A stretch of 63,651 nucleotides of DNA, counting the filler, from Octopus bimaculoides (taxonomy: Eukaryota): assembly GCF_001194135.2 (NCBI RefSeq). It is 4 parts of 4 records of this genome, joined end to end, with 100 filler letters (N's around TTAATTAATTAA, not from the genome) between each part and the next. Parts side by side here need not be neighbours in the genome. Positions count along the whole stretch, not along the records: positions 29,477 to 50,358 come from NC_068991.1; 3 more parts are not named here. The stretch is one strand, 5' to 3'. The position numbers and the translations under genes were made by a program. How positions within the stretch are numbered: the stretch's first letter is position 1; each line of letters begins with the position of its first letter. Shown here piece by piece: positions 37,971-49,505 of this stretch. A model generated the notes under the pieces. That model worked only from the letters and a program-made list of their open reading frames with translations. It was not told the origin of the DNA and did not search any database.

Positions 37971-38131
37971 TCTGATACATGTTTTGCGTATAAGCACATT
38001 CGCGCAAGAAAGTCGTTTAGCGCAGACGTACGCACCGGGACCACTCTTCTTGAATAGTACCCAGAACACACACGTGGGCCATTTGCTGGGATATAAGCAG
38101 AAAAATTGTAATATAAATTTTTAACGTCCAT
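37971..38131 (-). CDS. Candidate first exon of the RING gene (MDVKNLYY...AKHVSE)
   Basis: ATG-initiated ORF in a CpG-rich patch. The phase fits only with a weak GA|gttttt donor; the better CAT|gtatca donor is out of phase. Confidence 0.3.
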
Positions 38132-38479
38132 GAATCAAGCGAGGCGCTGTGTGTGCGTGTGCGTGTAAGAAAACATTTACTAATAGAAAAGTAGGCTGTT
38201 AAAATAAATGGCAGACCATCACTACCCCCCTCCCCCGAAACCCACTTTTTCGGCTACGGAAGTTGAAAAAAGAAAAGAAAAAGGCACAAAAGAGGCATTT
38301 CAATTAGGTGATGGAGGACTCCGAAGAACCGAAATCTCTAACACACACCTGACACCCACACAACGGGAAAAAAATAAGTGAAAATAATGAAATTACATGT
38401 AACATACCCTTGGCATTTACTGGGGATAAACCTCGGCAATGTGTTTTAGAAATGTATGGAAATTCTGGAATTTATTCCT

Positions 38480-39272
38480 TGCTGTAAAATCATACATTTC
38501 TCGCTACATGTATTCGTCCACGCGGGACCATTTCATATCACCCGAGGATTCGCTGATGAACCTGACCCGTCGTTTTATTCTCGACCAATAGGCCTTAATG
38601 TGATTATTTGAATGGGTCATCGTCCGGTGAATATATCCAAGTTGATGCAAGTTTTCATAGCTGGCCCAAAGATCAGTATAAATCACAGAACCCGGCAATA
38701 CATTTTCCCTTATCACAGACTCCAGTGTTGCTGTGCTCCTGTCAGGTATGCGGTGTCAGAAACCTCTCTGTAGTGTTATCATAACACACGACCACCAACG
38801 TTTGATGGCCTATCCGATCGACGTTCTTCCTTTTGAAAAACAAACTCTCATCGACCTCAACTTCGTGACCCGGACCGCCGAGCGGAGCTTTGTCTTGAAG
38901 TATCTTCGCCGAACACACTTCTCGACAAAACTCGTACCACTGGATAGCGGTTTTGTTGTCGAGGCCGGTGAAAAAGGCAGCAGTAGAAACAGGCACTTCA
39001 AACACAAAATGGAATACAGTATTAAACATTTTGCATAGAGGTAACTTTGAATTTTCCATAAAAGTATTTTTTCTCAGAGAAATCGCTTTTTTACAGTTGG
39101 AACATCGCCAGGTAAATCCATCAATTGATCTCGCAGACTTTTTCAGGCACATTTCATGTGTGCAAACACAGGTTTTGCTATTAGCAACAATGCCGTTCGT
39201 CTTTAGGAAGTCCATTATTCTCTGGGGAGCAAGCTGGTTTAACACTTCTTCAAGTGGGGTACACATTTTCAA
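38480..39272 (-). mobile_element. Merlin (DDE_Tnp_IS1595-like) transposase pseudogene, nearly full length
   Basis: N-terminal CxC...WRCSNC zinc ribbon, EVEVDESLF and VIYTDLW. It is frameshifted at about 38716-38742 and the third acidic position reads K (NHIKAYWS). TIRs were not identified. Confidence 0.92.
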
Positions 39273-41672
39273 TAACTAATGAAGTCTAGGATGAGAGGAA
39301 TTCTACAGTGCGTTCTGTGAAGTGGCTTGAAAGCTTTTTAAAAAAGGCGTGGGATGCAATGACCGAAAGGGTTTAAAACATCCGGCGACCTTTAGGGTCT
39401 AGATCCCAAAACATCCGGTCGTAGTGCGTACGCATACCGATTACATTATTATATGCCAGAAACGGGCATTCGTGGGACGATAACAGAGGGCAGGAATGTA
39501 CTTTCACCAATGTTACGAGGGACCCGACAGTTGCACACTTGTTAGGGGTTAGTGGTAGTTAGGATTAGGGGGTGTGCACGCGCTTTACCCAAGACAGGAT
39601 AAGGTCACAGAATTAAAAATACCACCTAACTTTTATTCATTGCTTTTTAATTAAAGAAGTACTCAATACTTTTCTACGTATTTCGCCCCCAAACATTCCG
39701 AAAAAAAAAGTGAAAAATGAAGAANNNNNNNNNNNNNNNNNNNNNNNNNNNNNNNNNNNNNNNNNNNNNNNNNNNNNNNNNNNNNNNNNNNNNNNNNNNN
39801 NNNNNNNNNNNNNNNNNNNNNNNNNNNNNNNNNNNNNNNNNNNNNNNNNNNNNNNNNNNNNNNNNNNNNNNNNNNNNNNNNNNNNNNNNNNNNNNNNNNN
39901 NNNNNNNNNNNNNNNNNNNNNNNNNNNNNNNNNNNNNNNNNNNNNNNNNNNNNNNNNNNNNNNNNNNNNNNNNNNNNNNNNNNNNNNNNNNNNNNNNNNN
40001 NNNNNNNNNNNNNNNNNNNNNNNNNNNNNNNNNNNNNNNNNNNNNNNNNNNNNNNNNNNNNNNNNNNNNNNNNNNNNNNNNNNNNNNNNNNNNNNNNNNN
40101 NNNNNNNNNNNNNNNNNNNNNNNNNNNNNNNNNNNNNNNNNNNNNNNNNNNNNNNNNNNNNNNNNNNNNNNNNNNNNNNNNNNNNNNNNNNNNNNNNNNN
40201 NNNNNNNNNNNNNNNNNNNNNNNNNNNNNNNNNNNNNNNNNNNNNNNNNNNNNNNNNNNNNNNNNNNNNNNNNNNNNNNNNNNNNNNNNNNNNNNNNNNN
40301 NNNNNNNNNNNNNNNNNNNNNNNNNNNNNNNNNNNNNNNNNNNNNNNNNNNNNNNNNNNNNNNNNNNNNNNNNNNNNNNNNNNNNNNNNNNNNNNNNNNN
40401 NNNNNNNNNNNNNNNNNNNNNNNNNNNNNNNNNNNNNNNNNNNNNNNNNNNNNNNNNNNNNNNNNNNNNNNNNNNNNNNNNNNNNNNNNNNNNNNNNNNN
40501 NNNNNNNNNNNNNNNNNNNNNNNNNNNNNNNNNNNNNNNNNNNNNNNNNNNNNNNNNNNNNNNNNNNNNNNNNNNNNNNNNNNNNNNNNNNNNNNNNNNN
40601 NNNNNNNNNNNNNCCAAACTTTATCTACATTATTTTATTAGCAACCTCAATTACTATCGCATCAAAGTTGAGGGAAAAATTCGGGGCTAATGCAGTTTTG
40701 CAACTCTCCTTGAAAAATGCATTTTTTTTTATTTGGAAAATTTTCGGATCCCTACGTTTTAGATGTCGGAGATTACGAATATGAAAAAAAAAAAAAAATT
40801 ACCCCTTCCCCACCTTAAAATTTTGAAATTTTTTTTCCGTTTTGAAACCACGTTTTCAAAATTTTAAATTCAATAAGCATATAGATATGTGTATAAAGAG
40901 ATAGATATGAGTGTCTTCCTAGGGTTAAAAACAACAGTAACACCGTCCTCTATAGGACGGCCACACTTAGTTGACAAATATATTTTATGAATAAATGGAC
41001 AGGGATAAATAGATAAATATATGGATGAAAAAGTTCAAAATTCGGTGGAGAAGGTGAAATTTGAGCCCCTTATTAAACTTTATAACATTAATTATTGAAC
41101 ATTACTGTTTGTTTCTCATAAAATGGTGTATATTTAATTAACATTAAATTATTATTTAAGGCAAACACAAGTAAAACGCAAATTCTTTTCACTTTAATGT
41201 TTTCTATATTTTCGCTTTGCAATATGTTCGTCAATTCGCTACGATCTCTTTAAAGTTAACAATATCANNNNNNNNNNNNNNNNNNNNNNNNNNNNNNNNN
41301 NNNNNNNNNNNNNNNNNNNNNNNNNNNNNNNNNNNNNNNNNNNNNNNNNNNNNNNNNNNNNNNNNNNNNNNNNNNNNNNNNNNNNNNNNNNNNNNNNNNN
41401 NNNNNNNNNNNNNNNNNNNNNNNNNNNNNNNNNNNNNNNNNNNNNNNNNNNNNNNNNNNNNNNNNNNNNNNNNNNNNNNNNNNNNNNNNNNNNNNNNNNN
41501 NNNNNNNNNNNNNNNNNNNNNNNNNNAATAACGCACTTGTTCCGTCTGTCTGTCTCACACACACCTTTCTCTCTCTCTCTCTTTCCGAAAAACACACCTA
41601 TCTCTCTCTCAGTCAATCACTCACACACTCAAAAAGATGGAAAAACAAAAAACATAAGCTGTTACTCTCCCT

Positions 41673-41711
<39 letters not shown>

Positions 41712-42378
41712 TCTGTCTGTCTCGTCCCCCCTCTCCACCGACATATACACAAATCCCTGTCAAATTCCTCTCCGTTTCACTTCTACGTGAGATGAGAGGA
41801 AACGAGTGAAATACATAAACTTTGTATACACACGTATATATTTACACATGCAAATACATTGTGTACACACACACACACACATATATACATTGTCTACACA
41901 CGCACACATATATACATTGTCTACACACGCACACATACCTTGTCTACACACGCACACATTCCTTGTCTACACACACATATATACCTTGTCTACACACACA
42001 TATATACCTTNNNNNNNNNNNNNNNNNNNNNNNNNNNNNNNNNNNNNNNNNNNNNNNNNNNNNNNNNNNNNNNNNNNNNNNNNNNNNNNNNNNNNNNNNN
42101 NNNNNNNNNNCGACTAAAGGCGGTGCTCCAGCATGGCCGCAGTGAAAATGACTGAAACAAATAAGAGAATTACTTGTGAATTACTTGATCTGTCTTAACC
42201 AGCATTAAGACTACCAGCATGGCTGTGTCGTTAAAATGCTCAGTTTGTGAATCTGTTGTTTCGGGTTCAATTCCACTGCGTGGCACTTTGGGCAAATGTC
42301 TTCTACTACAGCTCTGAGCCAGCTAATGCTTTGTTAGTGGATTTGGTTGACAGAAATGGTGTAACAGTCTTATCATAA

Positions 42379-42415
<37 letters not shown>

Positions 42416-43442
42416 TGAATGTATGTGTGTATATACATATATCATCATCATCATCATCATCATCATCCTCATCGTTTAACATCTGCCTTCGATGCAGGTA
42501 TGGTTCAGATGGTTTGACAAGCACCTGCCAGGCAGAAGCCTTCACCAGACTTCTGTGTCTGTTTCGGCATGGTTTTTTACAGCTAGATACCCTTCCTAAC
42601 ACCAACCAAAGTATTTAGTACTTTATACATGGCACAAGCATAATTGAGGTCAGTTTTGACAAGGGTTTCTACAGCTTCATGCCCTTCCAAATGCCAACCA
42701 CTTTACAGTGTGGACCGGGTGCTTTTTATGGGGCATCAGCACTTGCAAGATAAAAATCCTATGAGAGGGGATGGGGCATTGGAGGAGGTGATCTGGTGTC
42801 AGATGATGAAAGGTTATAGTGAGACAGAGAGGCAGAAGCAGGTGTCTTGCTGTAGAGGAGGTACAAGGTTACCCAGCCAGAGAGAGAAAGAGAGAGATCA
42901 GGAATGAGGACAGAAACAGGTGTGCTGCTGTAAAGGGAAGATACATGGTTATCCAACCTGAGGGAAGAGCAGGAGAAGGAGAGAGAGGGTGGGAGACAGC
43001 AAGAGTACAAGAGAGAGTAGGAGAAAGATAGTGGCAAAGTGCTGAGCATACTCACAAGGGCTGGGGATCAGAATATAAATGGAATGGTTGAATAAAAGAA
43101 GTGAGTGATATAATTTAATGTGTGTGTGTGTATGTGTATTAATTGCTTGTAGAGACATTATATTTCATTTAGCAACCATAGTACACTACTAAGTATATGA
43201 AAGGTTTCTGCGTTACCAGAGCAATTCAATCCCTTTTAAGTTATCTCTACAGATATTATATAGAACATAGCGCCAGCTCTGAAAATTATGATGTTTTGTA
43301 TATGAATATGTCTATGTAGACAATGTGATCAAAGATAGCAAAATAGGTAATGGATGTATATACAGATTTCAGGAGTTATTGCTACGTCATCAGCACCACA
43401 TCTAATCCATTACCACTTTACTAAAAATGACTTGATTTAAAT

Positions 43443-43696
43443 CAGTGGTTCTTGACCATTTTTTGCCTTTGAACGCCTTTTGGTTCATATTTTACCCTCT
43501 AAGTCAGTCAATGTTTAATAGAATCATATTATCATTTTTTTATAATTAAATATTATTTGGAATTGTATTAAAAAGATTATTAAAATATTTTGTGTATTGT
43601 AGAATTATAACCAATTTTATTGCACAATAAAATTTTAACAACAAAATCTTAAATGTATCCCCTTAAGGGTTATACGGCCTTGGTAGAGAGCCACTG
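43443..43696. mobile_element. hAT-type MITE
   Basis: TIR CAGTGGTTCT / AGAGCCACTG; 8-bp flanks ATTTAAAT / GTTTAACT. Confidence 0.75.
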
Positions 43697-43763
43697 GTTT
43701 AACTGAATCTTTGTTAATATGATAATCAATGCGTTGTAATTATTTCTTTTATTTAATTGACAG

Positions 43764-43821
43764 GAGTAGTTTTGATCATTACGTTTTTGCTCAACAATGG
43801 TCTGGTACATTTTGTGAAGTG
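43764..43821 (+). CDS. RNASET2: RNase T2 exon SSFDHYVFAQQWSGTFCEV
   Basis: gacag|G ... GTG|gtaagt; resembles the family F.QQWP.T.C motif. Confidence 0.93.
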
Positions 43822-44182
43822 GTAAGTCTAACAATGTTTGTTATATTCTTTCATTCATTTTTTTTTTTTTACTTGTAAAAGTCCATACAAACACACTTGA
43901 GATTCTCAATTTGTTGAGTTAATTAAAAAAAATTGTGGCACTCCGTTGGTTGCGACGATGAGGGTTCCAGTTGATCCAATCAACGGAACAGCCTGCTTGT
44001 GAAATTAACGTGCAAGTGGCTGAGCACTCCACAGACACGAATACCTATCCCGTTTGTATGTCTGTCTGTTTATTTTCATATCCATTTGCCTACATAAATG
44101 TGCATATACATACACATACACACATACATCTACGTAACAGATTCTATCTGACCCATGCAAGCATAAAAAAGTGTATGTTAAA

Positions 44183-44214
<32 letters not shown>

Positions 44215-47200
44215 AGTTGTCTGTTTTCCTATTGTTTGCCAAATCTAGTTTGCCTTACAACTTCATTTTCACATCAACCAACTGTCAGGAAGTCTTGCTG
44301 CTCCAGACAATACGACAAAAAGTAACATCTGGTAAATTCCAAGATTCTTTTCTTTGCACCACCAAAAACCAGCCATTCCAAAGACAAAGCTCTTCTACTC
44401 ATAGTGACCACCACTATTGGTACTATTACTGCTGCTATCACCACCACCAACACTACCTTTACAACCACAACCACCACCAATACCACCACAACCACCATCA
44501 CCACCTCCACAACCATCACCACCTCCACAACCACTACTATATTGGTTCTGTATTTCAGAACGAATACTGCCTCCGTAAGCTTACAACTCGGAATGCTTGG
44601 ACAGTTCATGGTTTATGGTGAGTAATTTTCTTCATTATGGAGATGTACTTGCACAGCAAGTGACCTGATCAATGATTAAAGCTATTTCAACATGGTAAGA
44701 AATTTTAAATCAATACAATTATTATTTTAATTTTTATTCTACTTTATTTTAGGCCTTCAAATGGCTCAAGTTCAGCATTTTGTTCAAGAGGATCTTCTTT
44801 TGATATAAATAAATTAAAGGTAATTACTAGAAATCTAATCCTAACCCGAACCCTGCTCCTAATCCTAACTTTATTTTATAATGTTTGCAGAACTTATTAC
44901 TGTATACCATACTGTATTGCCATTTGTGTACTGCCAGTCATCACTCCCTCTCCTCTGTGCTACTACCAATCAACATCTATTCCTCATTCTCATTACCCCC
45001 CCCCCCACTACCACCACCACTCATATTTAACAATTCTTATCCACTTGTATCTGTCTTTCACTCTCCTCTCACAATATTGGAAACCTACTCAACTTACCTC
45101 ATTCTTCTGCCTTCACATTCTTTTCTTTTCACCCCCACCCCAAACTTGCTGGCCTTGTGCAAAAATTTGAAATTATCATCATCATCATCATTATTATTAT
45201 TACTATGATGATGATGGTAGTGAACAAACCTGGGCACCAAACTGTTAATCTGTTGATTGTTAATTAACAAAGTCAACATTTTCGTTAATGATTTAACTCT
45301 TAAGTTAACTTTGGAAATCATTATCAGACTAATTAACTTCTGTTACATTTAACTTTCATTAACTCAAATCAACTTGAGTTAACTTCCATTAACTTTGATT
45401 GAATTGTAGTTAATGGATTTTTTTTTTAGTTTTAGCAATTTTTAAAAGTTTTTTTTTTAGGTGATTTTAGAGCAAAAATGGATTTTTTGTTTTTATTTTC
45501 TATAATCAAAATGAATGTTAACAGTTTATTGATAACCAATATTAGATTTTTAAGGAATTAACTGATTCACAGTTAATGAAGGTAACTTTTCGAATAACAG
45601 TGCCCACCTTTGGTAGTGAGCTTGGTAAACTCATTAGCATGCCGGGCAAAATGTTAAGCAGTATTTTGTCTGTTTCTACCTTCTGAGATCAAATTCCATC
45701 AAGGTAAATGTTGCTTTTTATCCAATTATAAAATAAATACTCTGAAATTTCTTGTGTTAAAATTTGATGCCAATTTTTCTTTAATTTGCAGAGCATAGAG
45801 AGTCAGTTGAAAGACAAGTGGCCAAGTTATTCCTCACCATCTGAAGAATTTTGGTAAGTTTTTGTTCTAATAATACCATTCGAGTGTGATCATTGCCATT
45901 GCTGCCTGACTGGTTCCCATGCCGGTGGCATGTAAAAAGGTCCATTTGAGCATGGTCGTTGTCAGTGCTGCCTGACTGGCTCCCTTACTGGTGGCACATA
46001 AAAGCACTCACTACACTCTCAAAGTGGTTGGCATTAGGAAGGGCATCCAGCTGTAGAAACACTGCCAGATCAGATTGGAGCCTGGTGCAGCCATATNNNN
46101 NNNNNNAAACACTGCCAGATCAGATTGGAGCCTGGTGCAGCCATATGGCTCGCCAGTCCTCAGTCAAACCGTCCAACCCATGCCAGCATGGAAAGCGGAT
46201 GTTAATCAACGATGACGATGATGATGATAATGATGAATGCCTATCATTGCCTGTGATTTCCATTATTTACCAACATCAGTCAATGTACTGTGACATTGCC
46301 AAAATGTTGTTGCTAACTGTTAATGTAATCTGATGTCAATTGTTGCAAATTTTTCTTTAGCTGAGTTGTAGCTATTGAGTAGCTGTAGGCCAGACACAGT
46401 AGATGTATATCACATAGATAGTTGAATATCTAGATGTGAACTGTAAATTTAGCTCCAGATATACATAAGATAGGTTAAGCCATGGCTGTGTGATTAAGAA
46501 GTTTCCTTCCCAACCACATGGTTTAAGATTCGGTGTCACTGCATGGGGCCATTTGGACAAATGTCTTCTACTATAACCCCAAGCCAAACAAGGCCTTGTG
46601 AGTGAGTAGATATATGCAAATGAACAGTGCACATGAGTACTCAACACCATATCGGGGGATAAATACTCTTATTTGGGGGCTAACAAGACTACCAATGGTT
46701 TCATGTATAGATGGATCCCTCTACAATTTTTAAGCCTGCTTCATGGGAACATTGGTATTTGTCTCCACATCATCATCATCGTCGTCGTTTAACGTCCCCT
46801 TTCCATGCTGGCATGGGTTGGACGATTTGACTGAGGATGGGCGAGACAGAAGGTTGCACGAGGCTCCAATCTGATCTGGCAAATAATGTGAATGATGTTG
46901 TTGTTTAGTGCTGAATCAGATATAATCAAGCAGACCTTTGATAAATTGTCTTCCAGTCATTACTACTCTGTATTTTATTGAGGCACAGTGTAACTAGGAC
47001 TACTTTGTTCACCATGTCCTTTTCTAAGATGGTTTGGTGGAATTAGGGGGAAAGTTGATTGTTTTTGAGCGCAAAGTTTTAATCACTGACTTAGTCTTTT
47101 AAATTCACCCTTTTTCTCTTTTTTATTCTAGGAAGCATGAGTGGGAAAAGCATGGCAAATGTGCCACAAGGCAAGGAAGTATGATACCAGAGTTGACTTA

Positions 47201-49168
47201 CTTCAAACAAGCCCTTGATTTGAACAAAAAATTCGACATTTATAGGTGTGTGAAAACAAAACTGGTTTTTTTTTTGGTTCAGTGTAAATCAGCGCTTCTT
47301 AAACTATGGGTCATGACCCCATTTGGGTTTCCAAAAATTAAATTCAAACACTTATATATTATTTCTCAAACATACAAATCCTAAAACTACTTTTATTTTG
47401 ACAAATAATATAACTTCTTTGTTTAGCAAAAAAATAAATGATTTTTATATTTATTTGTATGTTTTATTTTATATTTAATTCCGGGTGGCGCAAAAAATCT
47501 CATGATGAAAAATGGGGTCATGAATGAGAAAAGTTTAAGAAGTGCTGGTGTAGATAATAGTGGTGTCTGTACATCCATCCATCCATCCGTCCATCCACCC
47601 ACCCACCCACTAAAGAAAAGCCAATATCAGTGGAAAGAAGTGAATCAACCTTTTTGATACTAACTTATCTGAGACTGCTTCAGCTTTTATGATCCAAATT
47701 TACTGTTTTAACCCTTTCGTTACCGTATTTCTGTTGAAATGCTCTGGGTTTCTTTCAATTAATTTTAAATATAACAAAGAATTTAGTAAAATATATACGA
47801 TGGGCTTCTTTCAGTTGCCATCTACCAAATCCATTCGCAAGGCTTTGGTCGACCAGAGGCTACAGAGAAGACACTTGCCCAAGGTGTCACGCAGTGAGAC
47901 TGAACCTGGACCCATGTGGTTGGAAAGCAAGCTACTTACCACACAGCCACTCCTGTGCCTATTTCTGGGAAAAATGGAAAAATAAGAGTGAATATTTATT
48001 TTTATGAGTGCTGTATATTAAGTCTATAAAATTGTACATAAAGTATATATATAAAGTGTATAATATATAAAGTGCATTAAGTAATCATCGTATTCCAATT
48101 TCCTTCACATTTCAATGATTAGCAGATGAGTGACTATCTTTCCATTCAGACACAACACAGGCTACACTTTCAGGTTTTTTGGGATAAAGTTTATGGAAAT
48201 AATCCAATAAGTTTACCATTAATTCTATGAAATATTCACAGGTCCTGCTAGTTTCTCTTGATCCCTCAAGCATCCACTTTTGAGAAAATATTTTGGCTTG
48301 TTATGATTTTTATGGATTGCTATTTAAATGTAAGTGATCTTATACAGTTCTTTTTATGTTGCAGTGTTTTGAAAAAAAAGAAAATTGTTCCATCATATAA
48401 TAAAATGTACAAGGTTAGTAGTTTTCAAGATTAAATAATAAAAGCTTTTGGTTGGTAACTGATTAATCTGGGTTCAATCCCTTACATAGCTTATTTTTCT
48501 TTATCAGTTACCTATTTTTTATTATTTAATTTTTATTTTATATTTCTTCATATATCTGTTAGTTTCAATTTGCATAAATGTATACCAACATAACCCCCAC
48601 CACCCAAAAACCCCTTCACCTAGCATTAGGTGAAGGGGTTTTTGTCAAAGTAGATTGTTGTTTACACACCTGTCTTTGTCTTTTGTTTTTTTTTTTCTAA
48701 ATTCTCACTATATAAAGAGGAAGAAGAGGATGTTGGTTCATAGAGGGGAAAGCAGCAGCGATTATGAGAGATAACACTGGCTGGCTCCTGTCAAACCATC
48801 CCACCCATGCCAATATAGAAGGTGGACATTAAACGATGATGATGGTGACATGGAGTCATGCAGTGGTTGACTTTGCAAGCCATCATTCACAGTAGTCAAT
48901 AAAATAAAAAAATTAACCATTTGCTAGGGTTCAGTTAATTAATTTTGTTTCACAAATGAAATGTCTTTGTATTGATGTAAACAAACAAAAAAAAAAATCT
49001 TTATTCTTTCGTTCCTTTTTAGAGCTGTATTTTTATTGTTGTTGCTGTTGGACTTGTCATCATGTATACTGATAGTATTGTTAATTTTGTTTGTAGGTAT
49101 CTGACATAAAGCAAGCTTTGGAAAAGGCATTTGGTACCACTGTTAACCTGAGTTGCAAGACAAAAGAT
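43764..49168 (+). CDS. RNASET2: Ribonuclease T2, partial; join(43764..43821,44559..44617,44753..44819,45792..45853,47132..47245,48365..48413,49097..49168)
   Basis: Seven GT-AG exons with consistent phases. CAS I is WTVHGLWP and CAS II is FWKHEWEKHGKCA, with a YF..AL.L helix and conserved Cys. The signal-peptide exon was not found and the terminal exon is uncertain. Confidence 0.95.
44398..44541. repeat. Degenerate (ACC/ACT)n repeat just upstream of the RNase T2 CAS I exon
   Basis: Read directly from the sequence. Confidence 0.9.
44559..44617 (+). CDS. RNASET2: RNase T2 CAS I exon NEYCLRKLTTRNAWTVHGL(W)
   Basis: tttcag|AAC ... TG|gtgagt. Confidence 0.96.
44753..44819 (+). CDS. RNASET2: RNase T2 exon PSNGSSSAFCSRGSSFDINKLK
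   Basis: ttttag|G ... AAG|gtaatt; contains an NGS sequon. Confidence 0.92.
45792..45853 (+). CDS. RNASET2: RNase T2 exon SIESQLKDKWPSYSSPSEEF(W)
   Basis: ttgcag|AGC ... TG|gtaagt. Confidence 0.94.
47132..47245 (+). CDS. RNASET2: RNase T2 CAS II exon KHEWEKHGKCA...KKFDIY
   Basis: ttctag|G ... AG|gtgtgt. Confidence 0.96.
47290..47547. mobile_element. hAT-type MITE in an RNase T2 intron
   Basis: TIR CAGCGCTTCTTAAAC / GTTTAAGAAGTGCTG; 8-bp TSD GTGTAAAT / GTGTAGAT. Confidence 0.9.
48365..48413 (+). CDS. RNASET2: RNase T2 exon VLKKKKIVPSYNKMYK
   Basis: ttgcag|T ... AAG|gttagt. Confidence 0.92.
49097..49168 (+). CDS. RNASET2: RNase T2 exon VSDIKQALEKAFGTTVNLSCKTKD
   Basis: ttgtag|GTA ... GAT|gtaagc. 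Confidence 0.92.
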
Positions 49169-49388
49169 GTAAGCTGAGAATCCTATGTTATTTATGAAGT
49201 TGCCAACTGTTTGATCCTTTTATATTTAAATGTGTTAGATCCTGCCTAAATATTGTACTTGTTTGATGTTTAAACCAACCTGATCTGGCTTCTTGTACAT
49301 TCCCCATAATGTCATTCTAAAAATAAACAATCAGATTATGAAAATTACAAAGCTATGAAGTAATTCATATCTGGTTCGTTTTTTCCAG

Positions 49389-49505
49389 CCTGAGTTACAT
49401 ATATTTATAGAGAACTGTTCAGAGAGAAAACAATTTCTCCAGTTTTGGTGCGACAATGAAATGCACCCAGATCACTGCTTGGATGCAGATAGGAAGGACA
49501 TCTAG
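49389..49505 (+). CDS. Candidate RNase T2 terminal exon PELHIFIENCSERKQFLQFWCDNEMHPDHCLDADRKDI*
   Basis: Strong ttttttccag acceptor, phase 0, with C-x10-C spacing. However, the 3' half resembles a decayed SINE and the family-typical ending is absent. Confidence 0.35.
   Translation, partial: PELHIFIENCSERKQFLQFWCDNEMHPDHCLDADRKDI

Noticed and set aside
39542-39570. Degenerate TTAGGG-like runs (also 44838-44870 and 62636-62652)
   Set aside because: They are too short and degenerate to call interstitial telomeres, and are likely parts of repeats.
39637-40784. Long ORFs of 300-400 aa here and at 54551-55780, 56313-57061 and 57805-59010
   Set aside because: They are almost entirely X, translated from N gaps.
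46057-46146. Exact 40-bp direct repeat around a 10-N gap
   Set aside because: This is a typical unmerged contig overlap.
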